From the NCBI GenBank assembly GCA_963705725.1, contig CAVPKM010000020.1, positions 1 to 64,000 on the forward strand: a stretch of 64,000 nucleotides of DNA. Direction: 5' to 3'. How positions within the stretch are numbered: position 1 is the first letter of the stretch; each line of letters starts with the position of its first letter. This document shows, in pieces, positions 39,240 to 48,721 of the stretch. Made by a program: the position numbers and the translations under genes. The notes below the pieces were generated by a model. The model saw nothing but the letters and a program-made list of their open reading frames with translations. It was not told the origin of the DNA and did not search any database. Source of the stretch: an uncultured Gammaproteobacteria bacterium (GTDB taxonomy: Bacteria; Pseudomonadota; Gammaproteobacteria; UBA6002).

Positions 39240-39824
39240 ATGAATCGGTTAATCCTTCATTCCACTTCTTTAGCGCAATGGCATACCTTGGTGAATGAAG
39301 CAGAAGATTGTTCTGGGACACATTTAGACACAGAATTAGAAAGTTATCTGGTCTATTTGCTTGAGCATTACACCAACAAGCCTGAGGTCGTCGCCAGCAT
39401 TCTGGCTTTAGACTATCTTAATAGTCTTGAGTCAACAGGGAATATCAAAAAAAATCGATTGCGTGAACTTGGAGATAAATGCCTGCTTTTTTCTGGTTTT
39501 TTTCCCGAATTAGCAGATAAACGGAATGTGTCAGTCACTTATTTTGTGGAATTAGGTCGAAAAGCTTACAATTGTCTCTCAAATTTATATAAGTGTGGTC
39601 TGTTAGATGCAAAATTATTTGCTTTATTACGTGAACACTTTATCAGTCTGTTGGATCTTTTATTTTCCATACGAGAGTTAAGCGGTGAGCAGGCAGCGTT
39701 GACCTTTATTCAAGCCGAGGAACTTTGGCGCAACACAGGAAGTCGTTATGCTTATTCTATTTTAAAAAAACATGATAAAGATATCATTGCCCTCAGGCAC
39801 CTTGATATTACTAAACTACAATAG
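39240..39824 (+). CDS. Conserved hypothetical protein
   Basis: AGGAGG RBS; 194-aa ORF with ESYLVYLL and LRELGDKCLLFSGFFP. Confidence 0.75.
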   Translation: MNRLILHSTSLAQWHTLVNEAEDCSGTHLDTELESYLVYLLEHYTNKPEVVASILALDYLNSLESTGNIKKNRLRELGDKCLLFSGFFPELADKRNVSVTYFVELGRKAYNCLSNLYKCGLLDAKLFALLREHFISLLDLLFSIRELSGEQAALTFIQAEELWRNTGSRYAYSILKKHDKDIIALRHLDITKLQ

Positions 39825-39827
39825 TGG

Positions 39828-41783
39828 CTATATAGCAGAAAGCCCCTGGCGCGAACCGCCAGGGCGTACAAATTCCTGGGTAAGCTTTACCGGCCTTTTC
39901 AAATAAGAAGAGCCATATTGTTGAAGGGGTTGATCTGATACTTGGACAAGATGATTCGCTTCTTCATCAAATAAAATAGCTGAAAGCCTATTGCCATTGT
40001 CAGCGATAGGAAAAAACCCTATTCTGCTTAGTGCTGCCATATCTTGATTTACCATACAAGGGATAATTTCATTATATTGCTTGGTGCCATAATTCGATTG
40101 CGCTTCAAAAATATCGCTTGGCGTTTTATTACCGAAAAAAGTGGTAAAGAATGCTTCTGTGGCTTGGTGCTCATTGGTTGATTCAATCATTTCATTGAGT
40201 AGTGTTAAAAATTTCGAATTATCAATTTCATCAATGGTTTTCAATTGATTTTCAATGAATTGCAGTAACTGAATTTGTTTTAGACTGAGATCATCTCCAA
40301 ATAACCGTTTGAGAAATCGTTGTACACTGGCGATAATAATTGGGACAGGAAATGTATTGAACAGCATTATCGCGATAATCGTGATCAATTCTATCTGCTT
40401 ACTTATTTTGGGCAAACATTGTTCATTTAGATAGGTGCTGGTTTGAGTTGACCAAAATGAGAGGGCAAAGAGAAACGTCGTTACTCCTATCATGGTTCGC
40501 GGGTTTTGTTGTATCGCAAGTGAAGATTGCAAAAGCGCGTGCCAGCTCGCGGCATCGCCTTTATTCGACCAAGCTTTTTTTAAAAAATCCAGGATGGAAG
40601 GGGTTGCTGCATAAGCTTCCTTGATGACATGGGCAGCGTTTGATATTAAATCATAAATATCTTTACCCACGATCCAAGCGACATCTAAAGGTAGCGCATC
40701 AGAAATGACGATGATAATACTGGCAAGAACGAGTTCTGTCGTTTCTGTTATATTTAGATGCTTTTCAGCATAATCGCTAAAACTTTCCAGTGTAATGGCC
40801 CCCCAACCAATACAGGAAACAATCGCAAAGACTAAACTAATAAGTTGTGTCATTCGACAGCCAATGGCTGATGGTTGATGTGCATTATTTTTCGCTAAGC
40901 TGAGCACCTTCAATAAAAGTTCGATGGCTTCGATACGAGAGGGATTTTCATTGACTAAAAGTGAGTAGATTTCATCCAGTTGACCCTGTTGATCACTTTG
41001 CAGCATTGTTAATATTTCGCTTTGTGCTGAAATCAGCCCTGCTTTATGCGCATCTTTTAATGCCATCAATGTTTGTTGAATTTTGTAATTATTCATGGCT
41101 TCATTGTTAATTTTACGATAAAGATAATGAAACGGATCGTAAAATAACGCTTGCATATATTTATAAAGAAAACTTTCAATGCCGTTATACTGCAACATTG
41201 TGGCACAAAGTAATACCATTAAAGCAATGGGATGTGAATCGCCGCTGACATTTTCGCTTAGTGCAAAGGAAGGATAAGCGGAGACAAAGGCAGTGGCAAA
41301 CACGGCTGTAGATAACAGCAAATTTTTTAAACCGCGGCCGGCTTTAGCCAGATAGCCAGGCGCTAAGTTTTGTAAATCCAATATCGCATTTTCTTCTTCT
41401 TTTGATCGCAGACCAAACAACTGTGTGATCGCTTCTTCCCACTTAGGGGAAATCACCAGATTAAAGAAATAACCATGACCCATCGCATTTAAAATCACGG
41501 CCACAGTCGGATTTAAATAGTAGCTTACTACATCCCTTGCTGCCTTTTGCGCCGCACCAATATAGCTTTCGCTTGCTGCTGCACCAATACCATAGCTCGT
41601 GCAAACAGGAAAAAAGCTTTTAGCAACCTCATTCCAAGTGACTTTTACCGGTTGCTGATGATTCTGGCGCGTCAAGATTGCGTAATTTTGAAAAGTAGAT
41701 AGGTCTGAGCTGAAAAAATGTTGCAATAATTCATCTTGGGTAAGGGGACGGTCGTCAACAACCTCTTCATTAACAGATAACAT
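39828..41783 (-). CDS. Multi-pass membrane protein, candidate effector (paralog of 41965-45117)
   Basis: Probable start MLSVNEE after a GAGG RBS; several TM hairpins; motifs SLAIQQNP and FNTFP shared with the upstream gene. Confidence 0.65.
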   Translation of the reverse strand: MLSVNEEVVDDRPLTQDELLQHFFSSDLSTFQNYAILTRQNHQQPVKVTWNEVAKSFFPVCTSYGIGAAASESYIGAAQKAARDVVSYYLNPTVAVILNAMGHGYFFNLVISPKWEEAITQLFGLRSKEEENAILDLQNLAPGYLAKAGRGLKNLLLSTAVFATAFVSAYPSFALSENVSGDSHPIALMVLLCATMLQYNGIESFLYKYMQALFYDPFHYLYRKINNEAMNNYKIQQTLMALKDAHKAGLISAQSEILTMLQSDQQGQLDEIYSLLVNENPSRIEAIELLLKVLSLAKNNAHQPSAIGCRMTQLISLVFAIVSCIGWGAITLESFSDYAEKHLNITETTELVLASIIIVISDALPLDVAWIVGKDIYDLISNAAHVIKEAYAATPSILDFLKKAWSNKGDAASWHALLQSSLAIQQNPRTMIGVTTFLFALSFWSTQTSTYLNEQCLPKISKQIELITIIAIMLFNTFPVPIIIASVQRFLKRLFGDDLSLKQIQLLQFIENQLKTIDEIDNSKFLTLLNEMIESTNEHQATEAFFTTFFGNKTPSDIFEAQSNYGTKQYNEIIPCMVNQDMAALSRIGFFPIADNGNRLSAILFDEEANHLVQVSDQPLQQYGSSYLKRPVKLTQEFVRPGGSRQGLSAI

Positions 41784-41917
41784 TTGGACCTCAATATTGA
41801 TTAAAATTAGGTATAAAAATGTATAATAATGGATTAATGCCAGATTATTCAATCTATATCTATGAAAAAATTGCAATTTAAAGGTGGGTTAAGCTATTTA
41901 ATTTTTATCCATGCAAG

Positions 41918-41944
41918 AAAAAAGGAGCTCGACGCTCCTTTTTT
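41918..41944. terminator. Intrinsic terminator (bidirectional form)
   Basis: AAAAAAGGAGC-TCGAC-GCTCCTTTTTT just past the stop of the 1050-aa gene. Confidence 0.8.
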
Positions 41945-41964
41945 CAGATCTTATGTATGCCAGT

Positions 41965-44900
41965 TTATGCGCTCAAAATAGTGCTTGAGCTTTCTTCTGC
42001 AGAGGAGGGATCCATTAGATCATGGTTAACCTGTTCTTCGGGTGCCGCTTCTTCTTCAGTTACCAAACCCTTGGCCCAAGCCCAAAATCTATCTACATAA
42101 CCTGGTGCTGGCTCTGGTTGATCTAGATTATCCAGTAAGTTGTTGTTATCGATCGGTATCGCTTCCTCGTCTTGTAGCAGGTCTTCAGGCTCCTGCTGAT
42201 CACCAGCGCCGAAAAAGCCAAATCGATCCCACCAGTTCTTTGGTTCTAAATTTTGCGGGTTGTTGCCATTGTTATCCCCATTGATAATGGCACCATATCC
42301 TCTATCAGCACGAGTAAGCTGTTGCAGTTCTCTGTAATCTATTTCTGAATTAGCAGTCAATTCCTCTTGGCGTATTTGATAAAGGGACCGAGTAACTTTG
42401 CTTAAAAAAGTCTTGTTATGGTTATCATTCACCGGATCTCCTGTTATCTCCTGAATTAACACTGGAACATTATCTTCGATTAAGTACATGGGTGCTAAAG
42501 CAACTTGATCTGTGTCTTTTAGCCTCTTTAAACTTTCACCAAATTGTTGTCTTGACATATCTTCTTCTACTTGTTTGAGGAAGGACTCAATATCTAGACC
42601 AAATTTGGCCAGTTCTTTTTTTAATGGCGTTCCAAGCCTGGTAGCAAGTGCCTCCATGAAGCGAAGCACAAGTTTCAAATTAGGAAATAGATTGAAGAAA
42701 ACGGCACTAGTGGCGACGTAATACATCAACGCTGGCTGATAGTCTTTATAGTCTCCATTAATGAGATCATCCCGTAAAACAAAATCTGCCGCTGTTGCAA
42801 ATGATGCACTAACAAAAAGGGTGGTTAGTGCTCCTGCAGCTAATGTTTGCCAAGGATAAAGTAATGTAGCTAGCGACTTTTCTCCATTGCCTGTCAGATT
42901 GTCGACGATAGTTGTCCAGGTTTGTATAGCAAAATTAGCAGCCAAGTAAGTGAAAACAAAGCTTGCTCCTGCAGTAATAGGGATGGCTTTATCCTTGTCA
43001 GGAACCCGAGCAAGAATTTGTTCCCAAGTTTTTAGGACATAAATTAGCATGCCACCTCCCGATCCGAGACCCACAACAGTGGGAAGCACTTTTCTGTACA
43101 AGGTAGCTGCGCAAGACAACGGTGGTTCAGACTGAATATCAAATCGTCGCGCAAGATCTGCAAGATGTTCAATTATTTGCCTCTCACTAACAAGAGGGTC
43201 TTCTCCTTCACGGGCGGGTAGTGTGTCCCGAAACTGATCTAGCCAGCGAGTATCGTTCACCTCAAGGCATCTGTTTATCAACCCATGCGAAATTTTACGA
43301 ACGCTGTGAGTAAAACTAGCTAGAATTTTTTGATAACTTTGATCTTCAGTGGAACCTGCCAAAAAGCTTTTTAGCCTCCTGTAATCTTGATAACCAATAA
43401 CTTGCAAGGCATAAAAACCCATGATGGCGTTAGCAACGCCTATCATGGCTTTAACATAATTAGGATCTTTTGAGGCAAACATATAGGGTATTGAACCCGC
43501 AACAGCAAGGAGGCTGGTGAACAATGACCGAGCAGCCTTCCATTTTAGATCAGTATAATATGAGGAATTAAGTTCTTTTCGAAATTCAATATCTAATCTA
43601 TTGACAAAGGACTTAAAAGCTTCTGAGGCAGTAAACGCACTTACCCCGAAATTGGCATAAAGCACTGAGAATAAATAGCCAACAATTGCCAATCGGTTTT
43701 CGCCACCAAAATCAATGGTAGGATTAACATATAAAGCTAAACTAAATCCAGAGGTTACAGTTGAAAATGCCAAATTGGTATAATCATATACATCCCAGCT
43801 AATTGGACGAGCTAAATTAATTCTCAGTAATTTACCGAGTAGATTAGATTGATCAAGTTGATGCCCCTCTTCTTCCTCGTCAGACTCAGAATTCAACTCC
43901 AATGGTGGTTGTGGATATCCAGTCCTTAGAGACTTATTATTCGTAGCCTTAGCACTCGTAGCCTCAGGATCCGCAGTAGCCTTTGTCAGCTCTCTGACTA
44001 GAGGATCTTCACTTGAACTAGAGCTAGAACTTTGTCGTCCTTTAGCAGCTAATCGATCAGCTGCTTCTTGAGCTTGTTGTACAGCTGCTAGCCGTTGAGC
44101 TTCTTGAGCTTGTTGTTCAGCTGCTAGCCGTTGAGCTTCTTGAGCTTGTTGTTCAGCTGCTAGCCGTTGAGCTTCTTGAGCTTGTTGTTCAGCTGCTAGC
44201 CGTTGAGCTTCTTGAGCTTGTTGTTCAGCTGCTAGCTGTTGAGCTTCTTGAGCTTGTTGTTCAGCTGCTAGCCGTTGAGCTTCTTGAGCTTGTTGTTCAG
44301 CTGCTAGCTGTTGAGCTTCTTGAGCTTGTTGTTCAGCTGCTAGCCGTTGAGCTTCTTGAGCTTGTTGTTCAGCTGCTAGCCGTTGAGCTTCTTGAGCTTG
44401 TTGTTCAGCTGCTAATCGTTCAGCTGCTTCTTGAGCTTGTTGTTCAGCTGCTAATCGTTCAGCTGCTTCTTGAGCTTGTTGTTCAGCTGCTAATCGTTCA
44501 GCTGCTTCTTGAGCTTGTTGTTCAGCTGCTAATCGTTCAGCTGCTTCTTGAGCTTGTTGTTCAGCTGCTAATCGTTCAGCTGCTTCTTGAGCTTGTTGTT
44601 CAGCTGCTAATCGTTCAGCTGCTTCTTGAGCTTGTTGTTCAGCTGCTAATCGTTCAGCTGCTTCCTGAGCTTGTTGTTCAGCTGCTAATCGTTCAGCTGC
44701 TTCTTGAGCTTGTTGTTCAGCTGCTAATCGTTCAGCTGCTTCTTGAGCTTGTTGTTCAGCTGCTAATCGTTCAGCTGCTTCCTGAGCTTGTTGTTCAGCT
44801 GCTAATCGTTCAGCTGCTTCTTGAGCTTGTTGTTCAGCTGCTAATCGTTCAGCTGCTTCCTGAGCTTGTTGTTCAGCTGCTAATCGTTCAGCTGCTTCTT

Positions 44901-45117
44901 GAGCTTGTTGTTCAGCTGCTAATCGTTCAGCTGCTTCCTGAGCTTGTTGTTCAGCTGCTAATCGTTCAGCTGCTTCTTGAGCTTGTTGTTCAGCTGCTAA
45001 TCGTTCAGCTGCTTCTTGAGCTTGTTGTTCAGCTGCTAATCGTTCAGCTGCTTCTTGAGCTAGTCGTTCAGCTTCTAGTTCTAGTTCACCTTGGGTCTGC
45101 ATGTTTAAGATCCTCAA
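41965..45117 (-). CDS. Coiled-coil tandem-repeat multi-pass membrane protein, candidate effector
   Basis: About 330 aa of AAERLAAEQQAQE/AQRLAAEQQAQE repeats, Ser and Glu tracts, TM region, acidic C-terminus. Confidence 0.75.
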   Translation of the reverse strand: MRILNMQTQGELELEAERLAQEAAERLAAEQQAQEAAERLAAEQQAQEAAERLAAEQQAQEAAERLAAEQQAQEAAERLAAEQQAQEAAERLAAEQQAQEAAERLAAEQQAQEAAERLAAEQQAQEAAERLAAEQQAQEAAERLAAEQQAQEAAERLAAEQQAQEAAERLAAEQQAQEAAERLAAEQQAQEAAERLAAEQQAQEAAERLAAEQQAQEAAERLAAEQQAQEAAERLAAEQQAQEAQRLAAEQQAQEAQRLAAEQQAQEAQQLAAEQQAQEAQRLAAEQQAQEAQQLAAEQQAQEAQRLAAEQQAQEAQRLAAEQQAQEAQRLAAEQQAQEAQRLAAVQQAQEAADRLAAKGRQSSSSSSSEDPLVRELTKATADPEATSAKATNNKSLRTGYPQPPLELNSESDEEEEGHQLDQSNLLGKLLRINLARPISWDVYDYTNLAFSTVTSGFSLALYVNPTIDFGGENRLAIVGYLFSVLYANFGVSAFTASEAFKSFVNRLDIEFRKELNSSYYTDLKWKAARSLFTSLLAVAGSIPYMFASKDPNYVKAMIGVANAIMGFYALQVIGYQDYRRLKSFLAGSTEDQSYQKILASFTHSVRKISHGLINRCLEVNDTRWLDQFRDTLPAREGEDPLVSERQIIEHLADLARRFDIQSEPPLSCAATLYRKVLPTVVGLGSGGGMLIYVLKTWEQILARVPDKDKAIPITAGASFVFTYLAANFAIQTWTTIVDNLTGNGEKSLATLLYPWQTLAAGALTTLFVSASFATAADFVLRDDLINGDYKDYQPALMYYVATSAVFFNLFPNLKLVLRFMEALATRLGTPLKKELAKFGLDIESFLKQVEEDMSRQQFGESLKRLKDTDQVALAPMYLIEDNVPVLIQEITGDPVNDNHNKTFLSKVTRSLYQIRQEELTANSEIDYRELQQLTRADRGYGAIINGDNNGNNPQNLEPKNWWDRFGFFGAGDQQEPEDLLQDEEAIPIDNNNLLDNLDQPEPAPGYVDRFWAWAKGLVTEEEAAPEEQVNHDLMDPSSAEESSSTILSA
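44045..45075 (-). repeat. Coding tandem array: 17 x 39 bp plus 9 x 36 bp
   Basis: GCTAATCGTT recurs every 39 bp from 44411 to 45035; GCTAGC(C/T)GTT recurs every 36 bp from 44087 to 44375. Confidence 0.95.
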
Positions 45118-45274
45118 TTCGTCGGTTGCTATAGATTTGTAATAACAATTTTTGCCAAAAATAAATAAATGCCAAAAGTTTGGCTGTTATGTCAACTGGC
45201 TTCAAAATTAATGCAGGGAATACTGCTTGGAGGCGACGATTATAAGGGAATATGTAAGTAGAAGGAATGAATAA

Positions 45275-45295
45275 AAACTTAAGAAAAAATTAAAA
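45275..45295 (-). promoter_or_regulatory. PmrA-box-like element upstream of the coiled-coil repeat gene
   Basis: Minus strand tTTAA-tt-TT-tt-cTTAA-gt-T, an 11-bp-spaced TTAA direct repeat. Confidence 0.4.
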
Positions 45296-45392
45296 CAGCC
45301 TATTTGGCAAAAAACTTACATAAAATCTCCTATTAGTTTATGGAGAATTTCCTAAAAAACTCATAACTATCGGTGCGAATACAAAAGTAAGA

Positions 45393-45421
45393 TTGAATCT
45401 CAAGAAGGCATCCAGTAGACT
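45393..45421 (+). promoter_or_regulatory. Sigma70-like promoter for tRNA-Pro
   Basis: TTGAAT-17 bp-TAGACT, 7 bp upstream of the tRNA. Confidence 0.5.
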
Positions 45422-45428
45422 GATCAAG

Positions 45429-45502
45429 CGGGGTGTGGCTCAGCTTGGTAGAGCACTGCTTTCGGGAAGCAGGGGTCGCTGGTTCGAATCCAGTCACCCC
45501 GA
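45429..45502 (+). tRNA. tRNA-Pro (anticodon CGG), CCA not encoded
   Basis: Cloverleaf: acceptor CGGGGTG/CACCCCG, D stem GCTC/GAGC, anticodon stem CTGCT/AGCAG with loop TTCGGGA, T loop TTCGAAT. Confidence 0.95.
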
Positions 45503-45519
45503 TAGCTATTTTATTCAGG

Positions 45520-45586
45520 ATAGCGCTAAAACGTTTTGATTATGGCAGGTGGCGGCAAAATATGGACGTTTCAATCCTGTGCTACA
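45520..45586 (-). repeat. Truncated family-B element
   Basis: Reverse complement TAGCACAGGATTGAAACGTCCATATTTTGCC matches the left part of family B; a similar fragment lies at ~29481-29510. Confidence 0.65.
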
Positions 45587-45595
45587 TAATTAGGG

Positions 45596-46594
45596 TTAAT
45601 TTTTTCTGTGAATGCAAAAGTACGCAATGCTTTCAAGGCCTTGTCGAGAAGGGGTATCTGGTAAGCAGGTAAGGGAGCGCAGTGCTTGTTCAACTTGATA
45701 GCTTGCTTGGGCGAAGACATATTCCAGCGAATTGGCTTCTTTTATGGCTTCTATGACAACATCTAGATGATTCAATCCCCCAGCTTGAATAGATTCCCTG
45801 ATAATTTTACTTTTGCTTGCAGATGCATGTTGCATGGCGTGAATTAAAGGGAGAGTGGGTTTTCCTTCTGCTAAGTCATCACCAATATTTTTTCCGAGCT
45901 CCTCACTGCTGCCTACGAAGTCTAAGGCATCATCAATCATTTGGAATGCAATACCAAGGTGCTTGCCATAGCTTGCAATGGACCTTTGCTCCGCCGGTGA
46001 TCTTTTACAAATTAAAGTGCTAACTTCTGCTGCCGCTTCAAATAAGCGGGCAGTTTTATTGGTGATGACTTGTAAATAATGCGCTTCATCTATATTCGGA
46101 TCATGCCTTTTGACAAGCTGTAAGACCTCTCCTTCGGCAATCGCATTAATGGCTTTTGCCAGTATTTCCATGACTTGAATATTTTTTAAATTGGTTAAAA
46201 TCTGAAAGGTGCGTGAATAAATAAAATCACCGACTAACACGCTAACAGCGTTTCCCCAGATCATATTTGCCGTTTGTTGGTTGCGCCTTAATGAAGAATT
46301 GTCGACAACGTCATCATGCAAGAGGGTGGCAGTATGTAAAAATTCCACCACTGCGGCTAAGGAGATATGTTGTTGATCTAGATTATCAAAGGCTTTAGCA
46401 ACGAGTAGTACAATAAGTGGTCTAAGTCGCTTTCCGCCTCCTTTTAGAAGGTGCTGGCTAATTTCACCAATTAATGGAACATTGCTGTCTAGCTGTTCCT
46501 TAATTAGCTCGTCGACTTCTTGAAATTCCTTGCAAACGAGTTCTCGTACTTGCTCGATGGAGAAAAAAGCGCGATTTTCAATTTCAGAAATCAT
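45596..46594 (-). CDS. ispB: Polyprenyl (octaprenyl) diphosphate synthase
   Basis: GGKRLRP, LLHDDVVD...RR, FQMIDDALD, GDDLAEGKPTLP. Confidence 0.95.
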   Translation of the reverse strand: MISEIENRAFFSIEQVRELVCKEFQEVDELIKEQLDSNVPLIGEISQHLLKGGGKRLRPLIVLLVAKAFDNLDQQHISLAAVVEFLHTATLLHDDVVDNSSLRRNQQTANMIWGNAVSVLVGDFIYSRTFQILTNLKNIQVMEILAKAINAIAEGEVLQLVKRHDPNIDEAHYLQVITNKTARLFEAAAEVSTLICKRSPAEQRSIASYGKHLGIAFQMIDDALDFVGSSEELGKNIGDDLAEGKPTLPLIHAMQHASASKSKIIRESIQAGGLNHLDVVIEAIKEANSLEYVFAQASYQVEQALRSLTCLPDTPSRQGLESIAYFCIHRKN

Positions 46595-46745
46595 CCACTG
46601 TACTCATTCTTGTTTTTCCCGATCGTAGGTTTTCCCGTTCTGCATGTCAACTGTCAATAATTGGCTTCAACCAAACAGGCCTTGCTTGTTACGATATGAT
46701 TGCGTAGAATTGGCCCTTTATATGTATTACCCGGAGTTTATTTTT

Positions 46746-47060
46746 ATGTATGCGGTTATAGCAAGTGGTGGCAAGCAGTATAGAGTCGCCGAAGGTGGGC
46801 TTATTAAATTAGAAAAAATTAATGCTGAAGCGGGCACTATGATTGAATTTGAGCAAGTTTTAATGCTTGCTGACGGAGAAAATATCACAGTAGGTGTGCC
46901 ATTTGTAAAAAATGCAACCGTCAAAGCTGAAGTGGTTGAGCATGGTCGTAATAAAAAAATAGACGTCATTAAATTTCGTAGGCGCAAACATTCTATGAAA
47001 AGACAAGGACATCGGCAAGACTTTACAGCAGTTAGAATTACAGGTATTGAAACTCGCTAA
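46746..47060 (+). CDS. rplU: 50S ribosomal protein L21
   Basis: [24 protein letters not shown]. Confidence 0.98.
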   Translation: MYAVIASGGKQYRVAEGGLIKLEKINAEAGTMIEFEQVLMLADGENITVGVPFVKNATVKAEVVEHGRNKKIDVIKFRRRKHSMKRQGHRQDFTAVRITGIETR

Positions 47061-47078
47061 ACTAAAAGAGGTTAAGAT

Positions 47079-47330
47079 ATGGCACATAAAAAGGCAGGGG
47101 GAAGTTCGCGGAACGGTCGTGATTCCAACCCTAAGTTTCTTGGCGTTAAACGGTTTGGCGGTCAACGTGTGTTGGCTGGAAATATTCTAGTTCGTCAAAG
47201 AGGGACAAAGGTGTCTCCCGGTAAAAATGTTGGGATAGGCAAAGATCACACCTTATTTGCCTTAATAGACGGGGTGGTTAAGTTCACCAAACAAGGTCCG
47301 CAAAATAAAACCTATGTATTAATTGAATAG
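47079..47330 (+). CDS. rpmA: 50S ribosomal protein L27
   Basis: [29 protein letters not shown]. Confidence 0.98.
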   Translation: MAHKKAGGSSRNGRDSNPKFLGVKRFGGQRVLAGNILVRQRGTKVSPGKNVGIGKDHTLFALIDGVVKFTKQGPQNKTYVLIE

Positions 47331-47388
47331 ATGCAGTAACTACCATCCCGCGGCTTTTCGCGAGATTCAAAAGAAAATATTAAAGAGT

Positions 47389-47426
47389 AAACGTGCTGTT
47401 AGCCAAAAGGCCAGCACGTTTTTTTT
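47389..47426 (+). terminator. Intrinsic terminator after rpmA
   Basis: AAACGTGCTG...CAGCACGTTT followed by a T run. Confidence 0.7.
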
Positions 47427-47451
47427 GGTTCATCATTTAGTGTGATAAAAA

Positions 47452-48468
47452 ATGAAGTTTGTTGATGAGGCTAAAGTTTACGTAGAGGCAGGGAAAGGAG
47501 GAGATGGCAGCGCGAGCTTTCGTCGAGAAAAATTTATTCCTTTTGGTGGTCCGGATGGTGGGGATGGAGGGGATGGAGGAAGCATTTTTTTTGTGGCGGA
47601 CTCCAATATCAATACATTAATCAATTTTCGCTATACACGAGGCTACCAAGCTAAACATGGTGAGAACGGCAAGGGTAAACAGTGCACCGGTAAAAAAGGA
47701 GAGGATCTTTATCTTAAAGTACCCGTCGGCACCACTATTTATAACGATGAAACAGATGAGTTGTTAGGCGATTTAACCGAAGAAGGGGAAACGTTTTGCA
47801 TTGCAAAGGGTGGGCATCATGGTCTTGGTAACGTTAATTTTAAAAGCAGTGTCAATCGCGCACCTAGAAAAACCACGAAGGGACAGCTAGGTGAAAAGTA
47901 TCATTTAAGATTAGAACTCAAAGTATTGGCGGATGTGGGCTTGCTAGGTTTGCCAAATGCAGGCAAATCTACCTTCATTAGCGCCGTTTCCCATGCAAGA
48001 CCTAAGGTGGCTGATTATCCCTTTACTACACTCTATCCCCAACTTGGTGTGGTGAGGGTATCCGATGAACACAGCTTTGTGGTAGCAGACATTCCTGGAT
48101 TGATACAAGGCGCGTCAGAAGGTGCAGGTCTTGGGATTCGATTTTTAAAGCACCTAGCTAGAACAAGATTATTGCTGCATCTTGTGGATATTGCGCCAGT
48201 GGATGAGAGTGATGTGGTAGCGCACATAACAACCATACTCAATGAGCTCGAAGCATTTGACGAAGCTTTAGTAAATAAAGCACGTTGGCTAGTCTTTACC
48301 AAAACCGATTTGCTTCTGCCTGAAGAAGCGCGTTTGCGTTGTCAAGAAATAGTATCCAGATTAAATTGGAAAGGACCTGTTTATCAGGTTTCTTCCGTGA
48401 GTCATCAAGGGCTGGAAGAATTATGCTATGCAATTATGGAATATCTCATTACGTCAGCACAGGGTTGA
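47452..48468 (+). CDS. obgE: GTPase ObgE/CgtA
   Basis: [43 protein letters not shown]. Confidence 0.98.
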   Translation: MKFVDEAKVYVEAGKGGDGSASFRREKFIPFGGPDGGDGGDGGSIFFVADSNINTLINFRYTRGYQAKHGENGKGKQCTGKKGEDLYLKVPVGTTIYNDETDELLGDLTEEGETFCIAKGGHHGLGNVNFKSSVNRAPRKTTKGQLGEKYHLRLELKVLADVGLLGLPNAGKSTFISAVSHARPKVADYPFTTLYPQLGVVRVSDEHSFVVADIPGLIQGASEGAGLGIRFLKHLARTRLLLHLVDIAPVDESDVVAHITTILNELEAFDEALVNKARWLVFTKTDLLLPEEARLRCQEIVSRLNWKGPVYQVSSVSHQGLEELCYAIMEYLITSAQG

Positions 48469-48619
48469 AACGTCCATATTTTGCCATCTTCGAACAAAAA
48501 ATTTAATTAAAACTGCTCACATACTTGAGTATTGCTCCGCTATTAATTAAATTTGTTTGGCCGAATCTGGCTAAAATCTGAACGTTTAGCGACTTCTAGC
48601 ATTTGTGCTGAATAGTTAC
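48446..48619. mobile_element. Family-B miniature palindromic element, full copy 2
   Basis: Near-identical to 37012-37184; right end TGTGCTGAATAGTTAC; supplies the obgE stop. Confidence 0.85.
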
Positions 48620-48659
48620 TACACTACTACTTTTTAGCTGAAAAGTGCTCATAGAAGAA

Positions 48660-48714
48660 CGCGGCTAAGCCGCGGGCGCGGCTTCTCTGTCGTCCCGCGG
48701 CTAAGCCGCGGGTA
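48660..48714. repeat. REP-like GC-rich palindromes
   Basis: CGCGGCTAAGCCGCGG twice; related GTCGTCCCGC/GGACGAC motifs at ~20207, ~21246, ~47343 and ~61547. Confidence 0.55.
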
Positions 48715-48721
48715 GGGTTTG

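Noticed and set aside
44045-45075. CRISPR array
   Set aside because: The units are contiguous with no unique spacers, their lengths are multiples of three within an open frame, and no cas genes are present.
41965-45117. TolA or ribonuclease E-like protein suggested by the Ala/Glu repeat
   Set aside because: There is no N-terminal anchor or tol-pal context; the C-terminal region is multi-pass and paralogous to the neighbouring gene.
45429-45600. Integrative element at tRNA-Pro
   Set aside because: No integrase or duplicated tRNA 3' end was seen, and core ispB follows within 100 bp.
45433-45672. 79-aa ORF
   Set aside because: It overlaps tRNA-Pro and a repeat fragment, so it is spurious.
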